From contig NZ_SNUY01000020.1 of the NCBI RefSeq assembly GCF_004376175.1, forward strand, positions 25,476 to 57,475: a stretch of 32,000 nucleotides of DNA. Reading direction: 5' to 3'. Position 1 is the stretch's first letter; each line of letters begins with the position of its first letter. Below, piece after piece: positions 1 through 8,878 of this stretch. The notes beneath the pieces are model-generated. The model saw only the letters and a program-made list of their open reading frames with translations, had not been told where the DNA came from and did not search any database. This DNA is from Halalkalibacterium halodurans (GTDB taxonomy: Bacteria; Bacillota; Bacilli; Bacillales; Bacillaceae_D). A program made the position numbers and the translations under genes.

Positions 1-1
1 G

Positions 2-1366
2 ACAGTGGTTCTTGACGACTTTGGCCTGAGCAACTGCACGTGTCCATACGAAGACTACTGTAAACATATGGCAGCCGTCTTGTATGAATGGCAACATCGC
101 CAAGTACTAGCCAACATCTGGGATAAAAATATTCCGCAACCTGTGATCGATACGCTCCATCCTGTACTGTTTTCAACCTATCGTCAGCTCATATCAAGAG
201 CTTATTTAACAGTGGCACAGGTAGAGGAGCTGATGGAAGCCATGAAAACAGCTGTGAAGCAACACTTTTCAGATGCGGAAGCGGCGGTCATTTATATTTA
301 TATCATTCAAGCCATGTACGGTATGGCCACGTCCTATCAAACGTACGAACGACAAGAACGACGGTTTTCTTCTTTTTTTCAAGGGCTACAAGAATTCATA
401 ATCCAAGCGCTACCTGCCCTATCAGACGGTGACCTGCTACGGCTTGCCAAGGCGATGTTCCGTTCCTTTTTGTCTAATGAAAACACGGAATACGGACCTT
501 GGGAATCTCTAATGAGGGAGTTTCTCCCCCTCGTTCCGTCACGACTATATCAAAGGCTATCCGATTTATTAGACGCTACGTATGAAAAGCAACCGCTAGG
601 AAAAAAAGGGCGGTTAGTGAAAAGCTATTTTCTCCTAGCTGAAGGACATGGTCTACTCGCATTACAGCAGCTTGAAGGTCATACGATCCGAGAGCCTGAT
701 GTCCTTCCTCATATGACATGGATGAAAACAAATCACGCATGGACAACGATGAAAGCATGGTTTCACATGCTCTTTCCTCGTAAAGAGTCGGCCTTTCTCT
801 ACCTACAGCCGTTTTACGATGAAATGGAAGTTGAGACAGCCAGTGATGAATCTTTGCAATCGTCGAACGTTTGGGCACGCTGGCTCCAACAGCCTTCATA
901 TCAACGGCTGCTGTCACTAACGAAGAATTGGTCAAAAGAAAAACGCTCAGCACTTATTCAAGAGCTGCTTCCAGCCTTAAAAAATCAGCTAGAGCAAATG
1001 CCTTCACGGATAGCGTATATTAAGCTCCTCACCCTAGAAAAACGAGCGGAGGAAGGGGCGAACTATTTACTACAATATGAAACAGAGCCTTTTCGTTTAC
1101 GCCCTGAGGTAAATGAATTACTGCAAATGATTCAGCGTGAAAACAGAGAACTGCTGTTTCCTGTTTACCATCAATTCGTGCTCCGTTTAATCGAAAAAAA
1201 ATCCAGACCTCATTATGAAGAGGCTGTCCATTTTTTAAAAATCTTGCATTGTTTGTATAAGGAAACCGAAGACAAGGAACGCTTTCACCAATACATTCGC
1301 CGGTTAAAATATACGTATAAATCGTACCGAGCGTTGCTAGAGGAGTTGAGACAGCTTGATTCCTAA
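2..1366 (+). CDS. SWIM zinc-finger domain protein (YwqB-like); 5' end lies outside the window
   Basis: The frame is open to the window edge. A CxCxnCxH SWIM signature (NCTCPYEDYCKH) lies at nt 35-67. The stop at 1364-1366 overlaps the downstream SNF2 start by 11 nt, which is the pairing known for ywqB-ywqA in Bacillus. Confidence 0.8.
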   Translation, partial: TVVLDDFGLSNCTCPYEDYCKHMAAVLYEWQHRQVLANIWDKNIPQPVIDTLHPVLFSTYRQLISRAYLTVAQVEELMEAMKTAVKQHFSDAEAAVIYIYIIQAMYGMATSYQTYERQERRFSSFFQGLQEFIIQALPALSDGDLLRLAKAMFRSFLSNENTEYGPWESLMREFLPLVPSRLYQRLSDLLDATYEKQPLGKKGRLVKSYFLLAEGHGLLALQQLEGHTIREPDVLPHMTWMKTNHAWTTMKAWFHMLFPRKESAFLYLQPFYDEMEVETASDESLQSSNVWARWLQQPSYQRLLSLTKNWSKEKRSALIQELLPALKNQLEQMPSRIAYIKLLTLEKRAEEGANYLLQYETEPFRLRPEVNELLQMIQRENRELLFPVYHQFVLRLIEKKSRPHYEEAVHFLKILHCLYKETEDKERFHQYIRRLKYTYKSYRALLEELRQLDS

Positions 1367-4343
1367 TATCATCGTCCACGGTGGTTGGTTCAAAGATCAC
1401 TTTTTCATTTGGGGTGAAGAGCAAGCCTCTTCCTCCTCAGGCCGAATCGTTCGTTTCGAATATCCTTTTTTATATTCACCCTTTGAGTTAAGGCTTGCCC
1501 TGTTTCGGCATGATCCTCATTCTTTTTACGGGAGTTTTTTGCAACATGGCCAAGCTGTTTTAGAAGTCCCATTGGCGGAAAGAGCGTTTCATTCCCCTGC
1601 GGGTACAACAACGATCTACCAAGCCGAACCCTCGATGAAATCGTTTCGTTTTCCTGTCGAAGGGATTATGCTCTCGGCCGATGAATTGTTTGACTACGGT
1701 TTATTTTTGTCAAAGCTTGGGTCATCTTCGTCTGATGAATGGGTATTGGCTGACGACTTTCACTTTTGGCTCCATTTTTTCTTGTACATTCGCCAATCCA
1801 TCAGAAACGGAGCCTTTTCACCATCCGCTCAAGGAACGTGGGTACTTAATAATCCGCATTGGAAAGCTTGGGCAGAAGCCATGCCCGAGGTGTGTCTTGC
1901 CCTTACGGAAAACGCCCCTCTTATTCAAACAACGGAAGAAGAACCAGTTCATGAACAATTGCAGGCGATCGGTGAGCACCTGACCGATAAGTGGATTCGC
2001 CGTTTGCTTCAAACAGATAAAGGGAAAGATCGCTTTCTTTCTTATGTTCAGTCGCTCCATCCATCTGTCAAACGAACGCTTGAACAGATGGGACCTTACG
2101 GAGAGGGACCGACGGAAGAGACGCATTCAGAAAAAGTAGACCGTGATCACTTTCTCGAAGCCGTTGGTGTGAAACCTCAGGCGCCATTCCAATGTGCCTT
2201 TGTGTTAAAAGAACCGATAACGGGTAAGACGGATTGGACCCTGTCCCTATGTGTGGTCGATAAAGTCAATCCATCGATTATCGTGGAAATGGAAGAGCTA
2301 AGCCAAGGGCAACACCCATGGCGAATGAATCCAGTACCATTACTAAAAGAACGGTTACCAGCCGTCACCGATCGTCTTCCTCTTTTGCAATCGATAAAGC
2401 TTTCTTCTCCTGTCATAAAGCTATCGAATGAGGAAGCATATCATTTGTTTACAACCTATGATGAATACTTAAAGGAACTTGGCTTTCGTCTCATCGTTCC
2501 TCGCTGGCTCACCCAACGAAGGCCATTAAAAGTGAAACTGAAAATGGATGCCCACGCCTTGCACTCAGAGGTGGAGCCACTATTAAATTGGCAAAGCGTC
2601 GCTTCGTTTCAATATGAACTGGCGATTGGGGATAACCGAGTTTCGCTAGAAGAATTCCAAACGTTTGTAGATGAAAACCGTCCGTTTTTACAGCTTAATG
2701 GCGAATGGATTGCTTGGGACCCATCCTTAGCTAAAAAATTGCGCGCTTATTTGAATAAGCTTGAACACGGGCAAACGACTTATCTTGATGCTTGGCGATT
2801 AGAGCAATCGGAAGAAGGATCTTTTCAAGAAGCGGTGGAGTGGGAGCTTGAGTGGAGCGCTGAAATCGAACAAAAGATCAAACAGTTGTTTCAACAGAAC
2901 GTTCCATTAAGACCAGCACCTGCTTCCCTTCAGGCGACACTTCGTCCTTATCAGGAAGAGGGGGCTTCTTGGCTTATCCACCTTCGAGAGACAGGCTTTG
3001 GCGGTTGCCTAGCCGATGATATGGGGTTAGGAAAAACCGTACAGACCATTTCCTACATTCTCTATGTGCTCGAACACGGACAGCAGAACAAAAAGCCATT
3101 TCTATTGTTTTGTCCTACATCGCTCATTACAAACTGGGTTCATGAATGTAAAACGTTTGCTCCAAGCCTAAATGTTTATGTTCACCATGGACAACAGCGT
3201 CATCAAGAAAATGAGACGGCTTGGCGCGAAGCAGATATTGTCATTTCCTCCTACTCCTTAGCATATAAAGATCTCGACCAATGGAAGGACATTGAATGGA
3301 ATGGACTAATCCTTGATGAAGCACAGCAAATCAAAAACGTTGATACGAAACAGCGGCAGGCGGTGAAATCCATTCGTGCAGCTCATCGAATCGCGTTAAC
3401 TGGGACACCAATTGAAAATCGGTTAAAAGAATTATGGTCGATCATGGATGTATTGAACCCGTCCTATTTAAAATCACTCACCCATTTTACGCGGACCTTT
3501 ATTAAGCCGATTGAAAGAGAAAAGGATGAAGCACGCCTTCAAGAATTGCAGCAACTCATTCAACCGTTGCTGCTACGGAGAAAAAAATCCGATGAAGCCT
3601 TAGCACTACAACTACCTGAAAAACGAGAGCACGTTCATCGTGTGTCACTAAGCGTCGAGCAAGCGGCATTGTATCAGGCGGTCGTTGATAACATGGTGCA
3701 TCAGCTTGGCGACGTGACCCATATGGAACGGCGAGCACTCATCTTAAAAACTCTCACAAAGCTGAAGCAAATTTGCAACCACCCTGCCCACTTTTTAAAG
3801 GATAAAAACGTTGATGCTCATCAATCAGAAAAATGGGAGTTGCTGCTAACCTTAAGTGAGCAAATCATGGATCGACAAGAGAAAATGCTCATCTTTACGC
3901 AATTTAAGGAGATGGGTCATTTAATGCAAGATGCGTTTCAGTCGCAAATAGGTACACCGATCCCATTTTTGCACGGCAGTTTATCACGCCAACAAAGACA
4001 AGAAGCGGTAGAACGATTTCAAAATGACCGCGAGCTGCCAATCTTTATTCTTTCGCTCAAAGCTGGAGGGGTTGGGCTAAATTTAACAGCGGCCAATCAT
4101 GTCATTCATTACGATCGGTGGTGGAACCCGGCGGTGGAAAATCAAGCGACCGACCGCGCCTATCGAATCGGGCAAACAGCGGATGTCACGGTCCATAAGC
4201 TAATGACAGAAGGAACATTGGAGGAGCGAATTCATCAAATGCTTGAGAGCAAGCAAGCTCTCGCCGAGCAAATTTTAACGGCAGGCGAAAACCAACTAAC
4301 TGAGCTAACAGACGACGAATTGTTAGCACTCATCCGACTATAG
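1356..4343 (+). CDS. SNF2/Swi2-family DEAD-like helicase (YwqA/HelZ-like), 995 aa
   Basis: Helicase motifs are visible: LADDMGLGKT (I), DEAQQIKN (II), LTGTPIENR (III) and QATDRAYRIGQ (VI). A long non-helicase N-terminal region is typical of the bacterial SWIM-associated SNF2 group. TTG start at 1356, with AGGAG 10 nt upstream. Confidence 0.9.
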   Translation: MIPNIIVHGGWFKDHFFIWGEEQASSSSGRIVRFEYPFLYSPFELRLALFRHDPHSFYGSFLQHGQAVLEVPLAERAFHSPAGTTTIYQAEPSMKSFRFPVEGIMLSADELFDYGLFLSKLGSSSSDEWVLADDFHFWLHFFLYIRQSIRNGAFSPSAQGTWVLNNPHWKAWAEAMPEVCLALTENAPLIQTTEEEPVHEQLQAIGEHLTDKWIRRLLQTDKGKDRFLSYVQSLHPSVKRTLEQMGPYGEGPTEETHSEKVDRDHFLEAVGVKPQAPFQCAFVLKEPITGKTDWTLSLCVVDKVNPSIIVEMEELSQGQHPWRMNPVPLLKERLPAVTDRLPLLQSIKLSSPVIKLSNEEAYHLFTTYDEYLKELGFRLIVPRWLTQRRPLKVKLKMDAHALHSEVEPLLNWQSVASFQYELAIGDNRVSLEEFQTFVDENRPFLQLNGEWIAWDPSLAKKLRAYLNKLEHGQTTYLDAWRLEQSEEGSFQEAVEWELEWSAEIEQKIKQLFQQNVPLRPAPASLQATLRPYQEEGASWLIHLRETGFGGCLADDMGLGKTVQTISYILYVLEHGQQNKKPFLLFCPTSLITNWVHECKTFAPSLNVYVHHGQQRHQENETAWREADIVISSYSLAYKDLDQWKDIEWNGLILDEAQQIKNVDTKQRQAVKSIRAAHRIALTGTPIENRLKELWSIMDVLNPSYLKSLTHFTRTFIKPIEREKDEARLQELQQLIQPLLLRRKKSDEALALQLPEKREHVHRVSLSVEQAALYQAVVDNMVHQLGDVTHMERRALILKTLTKLKQICNHPAHFLKDKNVDAHQSEKWELLLTLSEQIMDRQEKMLIFTQFKEMGHLMQDAFQSQIGTPIPFLHGSLSRQQRQEAVERFQNDRELPIFILSLKAGGVGLNLTAANHVIHYDRWWNPAVENQATDRAYRIGQTADVTVHKLMTEGTLEERIHQMLESKQALAEQILTAGENQLTELTDDELLALIRL

Positions 4344-4356
4344 AAAGGAGGATTCT

Positions 4357-4539
4357 ATGGCCGCGGACGATCGTTTTTCCCATTATTGGCGATTGAAAAA
4401 GCAGTTGCCAAAAATCGACGACACTCCGATATATGAAGATGAATCCTTGTTAAAGGAAGAGTGGCTAAAACTAAGAAAAGCGATTCAAGAGGAAGCAAAG
4501 AGCGCTTTTCCACCGAACACAGAAAAGAGCGAAGACTAA
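4357..4539 (+). CDS. Small hydrophilic hypothetical protein (60 aa)
   Basis: A strong RBS (AAAGGAGG, 4344-4351) lies 5 nt before the ATG. The ORF starts 13 nt after the SNF2 stop. Its stop codon sits in the loop of a strong hairpin terminator. Confidence 0.6.
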   Translation: MAADDRFSHYWRLKKQLPKIDDTPIYEDESLLKEEWLKLRKAIQEEAKSAFPPNTEKSED

Positions 4540-4552
4540 TTGTCTTCGCTCT
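4526..4552. terminator. Bidirectional intrinsic terminator: 11-bp stem AGAGCGAAGAC / GTCTTCGCTCT with loop TAATT
   Basis: The perfect 11-bp inverted repeat was read directly. On the minus strand it is followed by TTTTCTGTGTT. On the plus strand it is followed by TTACTTTA. Confidence 0.75.
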
Positions 4553-4559
4553 TACTTTA
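4552..4559. repeat. Left copy of the 8-bp target-site duplication TTACTTTA
   Basis: An identical octamer sits immediately outside both IS ends (4552-4559 and 6021-6028). Confidence 0.85.
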
Positions 4560-4680
4560 GGCTCTATAATATTTGTTGGGGTTAAGAAACAAATATGAGC
4601 ATAAAAAAACACGCAAACATCCAATTCTTTTATACTTGAGTTGACTAGAAACAAGTTTGAAAGAATGGAGTTGCGTGCAT

Positions 4681-5895
4681 ATGAATTTTACCATGAATTT
4701 TCCTGGGTTAAAAGATACATTCATTACCAAGGTTGAAGAGGTTGGAGAGATCGTGCGTCTTTATGTGGAGATGGAGCGGAAAGTACACCGTTGTCCTAAA
4801 TGTCAGAAGAGGACAAAAAAAGTTCATGATTATCGTATTCAAAAGATCAAACATTTAAAGTGGTTTGAAAGGCAAACACAGATTTTTTATAAGAGACGTC
4901 GTTATGTTTGCGCTTGTGGGAAGAGATTCGCCGAGAATAATTCGTTTGTAGAACGATACCAACGTACTTCTATTGAGTGGAACCAGGCAGTTGCTATTCG
5001 AGCGATCAAAGGAAAAACGTTTAAAGAAACAGCTGAGAATTATGGAAGTTCTGCCACAACCATCGTTCGCCGGTTTGACCAAATTTCAAGCAGTGAAATT
5101 CGTCCCGTAGAGGAATTGCCAGCTATTATTGCCATTGATGAGTATAAAGGAGATACAAAGGAAGGAAAATATCAGCTGATTATAGCTGACGCAGTGACAA
5201 AAGAGCCCTTAGATATTCTGCCGAACCGTTATAAGCGTACGATTAAAGATTACTTAAGAAGACATGGAAGTAAGGTCCAGATGGTGATTATGGATATGAG
5301 TCCATCCTTTAAAGCTGCTGTTCAAGAGGCTCTGGGAAGGCCAGTTATCATTGCAGATCGATTCCACTTTTGTAGATATATCTACTGGGCACTTGACGGA
5401 GTAAGGAGAAGAGTACAAAAGGATTTTCATGCATATGACCGCAAGAAGTGTAAGCGAATGAAACATGTATTCCACAAGGAAAACAGCAGGTTGACAGAGG
5501 AAGAGCGTTGGTACTTGGATCGTTACTTAAAAATGTCAACAGAGCTTCAAAAGGCTTATGAATTAAAGGAAGCTTATCAGGACTGGTTTAAACGTTCCAA
5601 AGAAATAGGGGCAACCCAAATAGAAAGAGTCAAAAAGGAATTAAAAGCGATCTATAAATTAGTTAAGAATTCAGGGATACCAGAAATGTGCAGAGCTATA
5701 GGCACCTTCGAAAACTGGCAGACGGAAATTTTAAATAGCTTTGCGTATGGTTATTCAAATGGATTTTTAGAAGGGATTAATAATTCCACAAAGGTACTAA
5801 AGCGAAATGCATTTGGTTTTAGAAGCTATGAACGCTTTCGAGCAAAAATACTATTAACACATAAGTATAAAAGAATTGGGGTTCACATCGGTTAA
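4681..5895 (+). CDS. ISL3-family transposase
   Basis: The N-terminus has a zinc-ribbon (CPKCQ...CACG) followed by a DDE_Tnp_ISL3-like body (IAIDEYKGD..., MDMSPSF..., GFLEGINNSTKVLKRNAFGFRSYERFR). The track starts at TTG 4657. ATG 4681 (MNFTMNFPGLKD) has GGAG about 12 nt upstream and is more typical. The exact start is uncertain. Confidence 0.9.
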   Translation: MNFTMNFPGLKDTFITKVEEVGEIVRLYVEMERKVHRCPKCQKRTKKVHDYRIQKIKHLKWFERQTQIFYKRRRYVCACGKRFAENNSFVERYQRTSIEWNQAVAIRAIKGKTFKETAENYGSSATTIVRRFDQISSSEIRPVEELPAIIAIDEYKGDTKEGKYQLIIADAVTKEPLDILPNRYKRTIKDYLRRHGSKVQMVIMDMSPSFKAAVQEALGRPVIIADRFHFCRYIYWALDGVRRRVQKDFHAYDRKKCKRMKHVFHKENSRLTEEERWYLDRYLKMSTELQKAYELKEAYQDWFKRSKEIGATQIERVKKELKAIYKLVKNSGIPEMCRAIGTFENWQTEILNSFAYGYSNGFLEGINNSTKVLKRNAFGFRSYERFRAKILLTHKYKRIGVHIG

Positions 5896-5924
5896 TGTTG
5901 TTTTGTGGCGAACGAGAAATTACG

Positions 5925-5968
5925 TTTTATTCGGTTGAAGGCTGGTACCAGCCTTCAACCGAATAAAA
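5925..5968. repeat. Perfect 44-bp palindrome (22-nt arms, centre GGTACC) between the transposase stop and the right IR
   Basis: Read directly: TTTTATTCGGTTGAAGGCTGGT | ACCAGCCTTCAACCGAATAAAA. Confidence 0.9.
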
Positions 5969-6020
5969 GGCCACCAAGCGTAGCGCGGTAGCCCTTCACC
6001 CCAACATTTGACGGAGAACC

Positions 6021-6028
6021 TTACTTTA
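6021..6028. repeat. Right copy of the 8-bp target-site duplication TTACTTTA
   Basis: It is identical to 4552-4559. It contains the TAA stop (complement of 6021-6023) of the BsuPI-like lipoprotein gene. Confidence 0.85.
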
Positions 6029-6527
6029 TGACGGTCGTTTGTGCTTTGTATGGAGACGGCTTTGGAACCGATTCGCCATCAACTGCAGCGACAACGACTT
6101 CTGCTAGCAACGTGTACGTACCTGACTCAAGGTCTCCTGCTGGGATCGATTCGGTCCATGTTTTCGATTCCCCTGCTGCAAGCGTCTCATCAATGAGCGC
6201 CATCGTAAACATCTTATCGTCCGAGTAACGATAGACTGTATCACCTGCTTCATTTTTCAAGATCAACTCATATTGCTGACCTGAAGAAAATTGAAAATGA
6301 ACATCTTGATCGGTCGTGTTTATGAGCGTAATCGTTGCTTCGATTTGATCTCCTACTGTTTCTGCTGATACAGATACATTCACACCATTCACCTCAGATT
6401 CTTCTTCTTTTAGTTCTTCAGCATCCCCATTCGTTCCATCACCACTTGGCTCAGAACTGGTCCCCTGCCCGCAAGCAGAAAGAGTAGCGAGACCTAATGC
6501 CAATAATAGGGTCAAACATCTTCTCAT
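6021..6527 (-). CDS. Lipoprotein with a BsuPI (intracellular proteinase inhibitor, Ipi-like) domain
   Basis: It has a signal peptide plus lipobox (LATLSAC). The domain pattern INTTDQDVHFQFSSGQQYELILKNEAGDTVYRYSDDKMFTMA resembles BsuPI/Ipi. It lies next to a YitT-family gene, as ipi does in B. subtilis. RBS is GGGAGAGTGA. Confidence 0.65.
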   Translation of the reverse strand: MRRCLTLLLALGLATLSACGQGTSSEPSGDGTNGDAEELKEEESEVNGVNVSVSAETVGDQIEATITLINTTDQDVHFQFSSGQQYELILKNEAGDTVYRYSDDKMFTMALIDETLAAGESKTWTESIPAGDLESGTYTLLAEVVVAAVDGESVPKPSPYKAQTTVIK

Positions 6528-6562
6528 CTTTCTTCACTCTCCCTTCAACAAAAACCTGCCAT

Positions 6563-7399
6563 TTACGTTTTGCGAAACAATCCGTATACACCCTCTGTAT
6601 GCACAATATTCGTGAACGCCTCTGGGTCCACTTCTTGAACAACGTGTCGTAAGTCATACAGCTCGTAACGCGTAAGGACGATCATCAGCACTTCTTTATC
6701 ATCCTCTAAATACCCACCTTTTGCCGGCATTCTCGTGATCCCTCGTGTGATTCGCTCGTGAATCGCTTTTCGCAATTCTGTCGGCTTCTTCGTGACAATC
6801 ATCGCAGTGAGCTTAACATGGCGAGTATGAATCGCATCAATGATCCGGGATGTCACGTATAACGTCACAAGAGTGTACAATGCTTTTTCTGCATCAAACA
6901 AAAAACCTGATGCGACCACGATCAACCCATTCAAAAGGAAAAAATAAATGCCGACGGGACGATCACTGACTCTCGATAACAAGAGGGCAATAATGTCCAA
7001 TCCACCAGATGAAGCGCCGACTTTCAACGTGATTCCAGCACCAATTGCCGCAACCACCCCGCCAAATACAGCGTTTAACAAAATATCAGGGGAAAACGCC
7101 TGAACCGGAAACACTTCTAAAAACAGCGTCGTCAATGCCACACTTAGAAAGGAGTAAACCGTGAAGGCCTTCCCGAGCTTTAACCAACCGATAATTGCAA
7201 CTGGAATGTTGAGCAACAACAGTAAAATCCCCGTCGATAGAGGCAAGAGCGTTGCTAAGATTTGCGCCACTCCCGTAAACCCACTAGCAAATACATCAGC
7301 TGGAATAAGGAAGAAGTTTAAAGAAGCAGCGAGAAAAACAGCTCCTATCACAACAACGACGATCTTTTTTAACTCATTCCACATCGTCTGCTTCATCAT
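6563..7399 (-). CDS. YitT-family membrane protein (DUF161 repeats plus C-terminal DUF2179)
   Basis: It is a multi-TM protein with a soluble C-terminal domain (TRYELYDLRHVVQEVDPEAFTNIV). The likely start is ATG 7399, which forms an ATGA overlap with the upstream gene's stop. The track's longer start at 7444 would overlap the upstream CDS by 49 nt. Confidence 0.85.
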   Translation of the reverse strand: MMKQTMWNELKKIVVVVIGAVFLAASLNFFLIPADVFASGFTGVAQILATLLPLSTGILLLLLNIPVAIIGWLKLGKAFTVYSFLSVALTTLFLEVFPVQAFSPDILLNAVFGGVVAAIGAGITLKVGASSGGLDIIALLLSRVSDRPVGIYFFLLNGLIVVASGFLFDAEKALYTLVTLYVTSRIIDAIHTRHVKLTAMIVTKKPTELRKAIHERITRGITRMPAKGGYLEDDKEVLMIVLTRYELYDLRHVVQEVDPEAFTNIVHTEGVYGLFRKT

Positions 7400-8178
7400 G
7401 TCCTCACAGATGTAGTCGTTGCCATTAACTGTCTTACCATCCAATCGACGCTCTCCAGTAGGGCTGCTCGTGAGACTTTGTGATCACCCCGAGGATCAGA
7501 CGTAAACACCACTTGCTCATAGTTTCTTTGTTGTAGCTGCTCATTCAGTTGCTGAGAGTAGGCAAAAGGAACAACGTTATCACGCTCCCCATGCCACAAA
7601 TAAAGCGGACGATTGTTTAAAGCATCAATCTCCTCGCCAAGATCAACCTCTTTCAATTTAATGAGGGTGTCTTCCTTTATTTCATTCGCCAGTGTAACCC
7701 CTCTTTCCTCAAGAAACTCGATCTGCTTTTTTGCAAAGTGCTGGTAAAAGGCACTTCCCATTAAGCTAGCACCTGCCCTGATCCAAGGGTATTTCTTTAA
7801 GGCGCCGAACATAGTGATCGCCCCCATTGATGTCCCTGTTACACCAATGGCGTCGCTAGCCGTCCACCCGTTTTCCACGACAAAATGTTTCATCTGAGGT
7901 AACTCTTCAATCGATCGCAGCACGATTTCCCAAAAGGAAAGCTGCAATTTCTGTTCGTCTTCAAAAGCTGCCCGTTCTCCGTGATAGAGGGCTTCTGGTA
8001 AGATGACGCGTATCCTCTTTTGTGCAAGTAAATACGCATGATGAAGATTATGCTCCTTCGCACTAGTAAACCCGTGTAAAAAAAACACGGTCGGTAAAGG
8101 CTCATGACGGAGCTCTTCTTGTACTACATGTAACGCCGGAATTGAAGCAATGGTTTCATTTGTAACGGATATCATCAT
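7396..8178 (-). CDS. Alpha/beta-fold hydrolase/esterase (YitV-like)
   Basis: It has a GxSxG nucleophile elbow (GTSMGA), an HG oxyanion-type motif (FFLHGF) and a late His (GDHKV). AGGAG lies 4-7 nt before the ATGATG at 8178/8175. An extended -10 (TGCTATAAT, complement of 8213-8221) lies inside the track's N-terminal extension. Confidence 0.8.
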   Translation of the reverse strand: MMISVTNETIASIPALHVVQEELRHEPLPTVFFLHGFTSAKEHNLHHAYLLAQKRIRVILPEALYHGERAAFEDEQKLQLSFWEIVLRSIEELPQMKHFVVENGWTASDAIGVTGTSMGAITMFGALKKYPWIRAGASLMGSAFYQHFAKKQIEFLEERGVTLANEIKEDTLIKLKEVDLGEEIDALNNRPLYLWHGERDNVVPFAYSQQLNEQLQQRNYEQVVFTSDPRGDHKVSRAALLESVDWMVRQLMATTTSVRT

Positions 8179-8325
8179 CTCACTCCTGCTTTTTTCATTT
8201 CCATTTTTTCTAATTATAGCATTGTCCAGTAAAGAACACATCTTGTATCCTTTTAGACATTTTACCGCTTCTTTTTTCTCATACGGCTATCCTTTGATTA
8301 TAAAAGGTGGCTCTCAAAAAGAAAA

Positions 8326-8352
8326 ATGCATGAAGCAACATTTAAGGCTTCA
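8326..8352. terminator. Bidirectional hairpin GCATGAAGC-N10-GCTTCATGC, flanked by an A-run and a T-run
   Basis: Read directly. It overlaps the stop codon of the 8350-8610 gene. The minus-strand version is followed by ATTTTTCTTTTT. Confidence 0.7.
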
Positions 8353-8610
8353 TGCGTTCTTTTTCTTATTATAATGTTGAATGCTGTAGAGGGCCCCTTC
8401 TTCCACCATTCGATTGTCCTCTGTATCATAAGGATCTGGATGACCAATGGAGATTCGTTTCGTTTTGTCGCCTTCTTTTTTCTGTTGGTTCCCTATTTTC
8501 ACGACTCGTTTAAGCTTGCTCCGTATGGTGCAATTGTTCAGTGCATATGCTGTGACCCCTGCGATCGTAACGACTCCAGTTAGCCAGCCTAACGTTTTTT
8601 TCATTTTCAC
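8350..8610 (-). CDS. Small membrane-anchored hypothetical protein (86 aa)
   Basis: RBS is AAAGGAGAGGTG. It has one N-terminal TM segment (LGWLTGVVTIAGVTAYAL) followed by a charged tail. A dedicated terminator follows. Confidence 0.65.
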   Translation of the reverse strand: MKMKKTLGWLTGVVTIAGVTAYALNNCTIRSKLKRVVKIGNQQKKEGDKTKRISIGHPDPYDTEDNRMVEEGALYSIQHYNKKKNA

Positions 8611-8717
8611 ACCTCTCCTTTCTTTATCAATCCATTCCCAGCCTTACGTTCACTGAAACATGGTGTACATGAAAGTCAAGCTGGAGCACACACTAGCTTT
8701 AAAGGAGGGAAACGCGT

Positions 8718-8846
8718 ATGGTAACGAAAGACAACAATAAGAAAAAGCAAGATCATCAGGCAGCTCGTGAGCTAAAGAACCAACAGGTGAAAGAGAATGC
8801 GAGACACGGAAAACATACGTATTCGAAAGATACCGATCACTTGTAA
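8718..8846 (+). CDS. Unlisted 42-aa highly hydrophilic protein (MVTKDNNKKKQDHQAARELKNQQVKENARHGKHTYSKDTDHL), minor-SASP-like in composition
   Basis: A strong RBS (AAAGGAGGG, 8701-8709) lies 8 nt before the ATG. A hairpin terminator follows at 8879-8909. It is too short for the ORF track. There are no hydrophobic stretches. Confidence 0.5.
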   Translation: MVTKDNNKKKQDHQAARELKNQQVKENARHGKHTYSKDTDHL

Positions 8847-8878
8847 TAAGTATATACGAAGCCGCTCCTTAAATCGAA

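Larger units (their letters stand above)
4560..6020 (+). mobile_element. ISL3-family insertion sequence, 1461 bp, apparently intact
   Basis: It contains a single ISL3-type transposase ORF. The terminal inverted repeats are imperfect: GGCTCTATAATATTTGTTGGGGTTAAG versus the reverse complement GGTTCTCCGTCAAATGTTGGGGTGAAG (18/27 identical, shared TGTTGGGGT core). It is flanked by a perfect 8-bp direct repeat, TTACTTTA. An 8-bp duplication is the ISL3 hallmark. Confidence 0.9.

Noticed and set aside
1356-4343. The SNF2 helicase as part of a phage-defence system (DISARM- or Zorya-like).
   Set aside because: No companion defence genes are adjacent, such as a methyltransferase, PLD or other nuclease, DUF1998 or ZorABC. 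The SWIM-SNF2 pair is a conserved chromosomal pair in Bacillaceae. The nearby IS is an independent insertion with its own target duplication.
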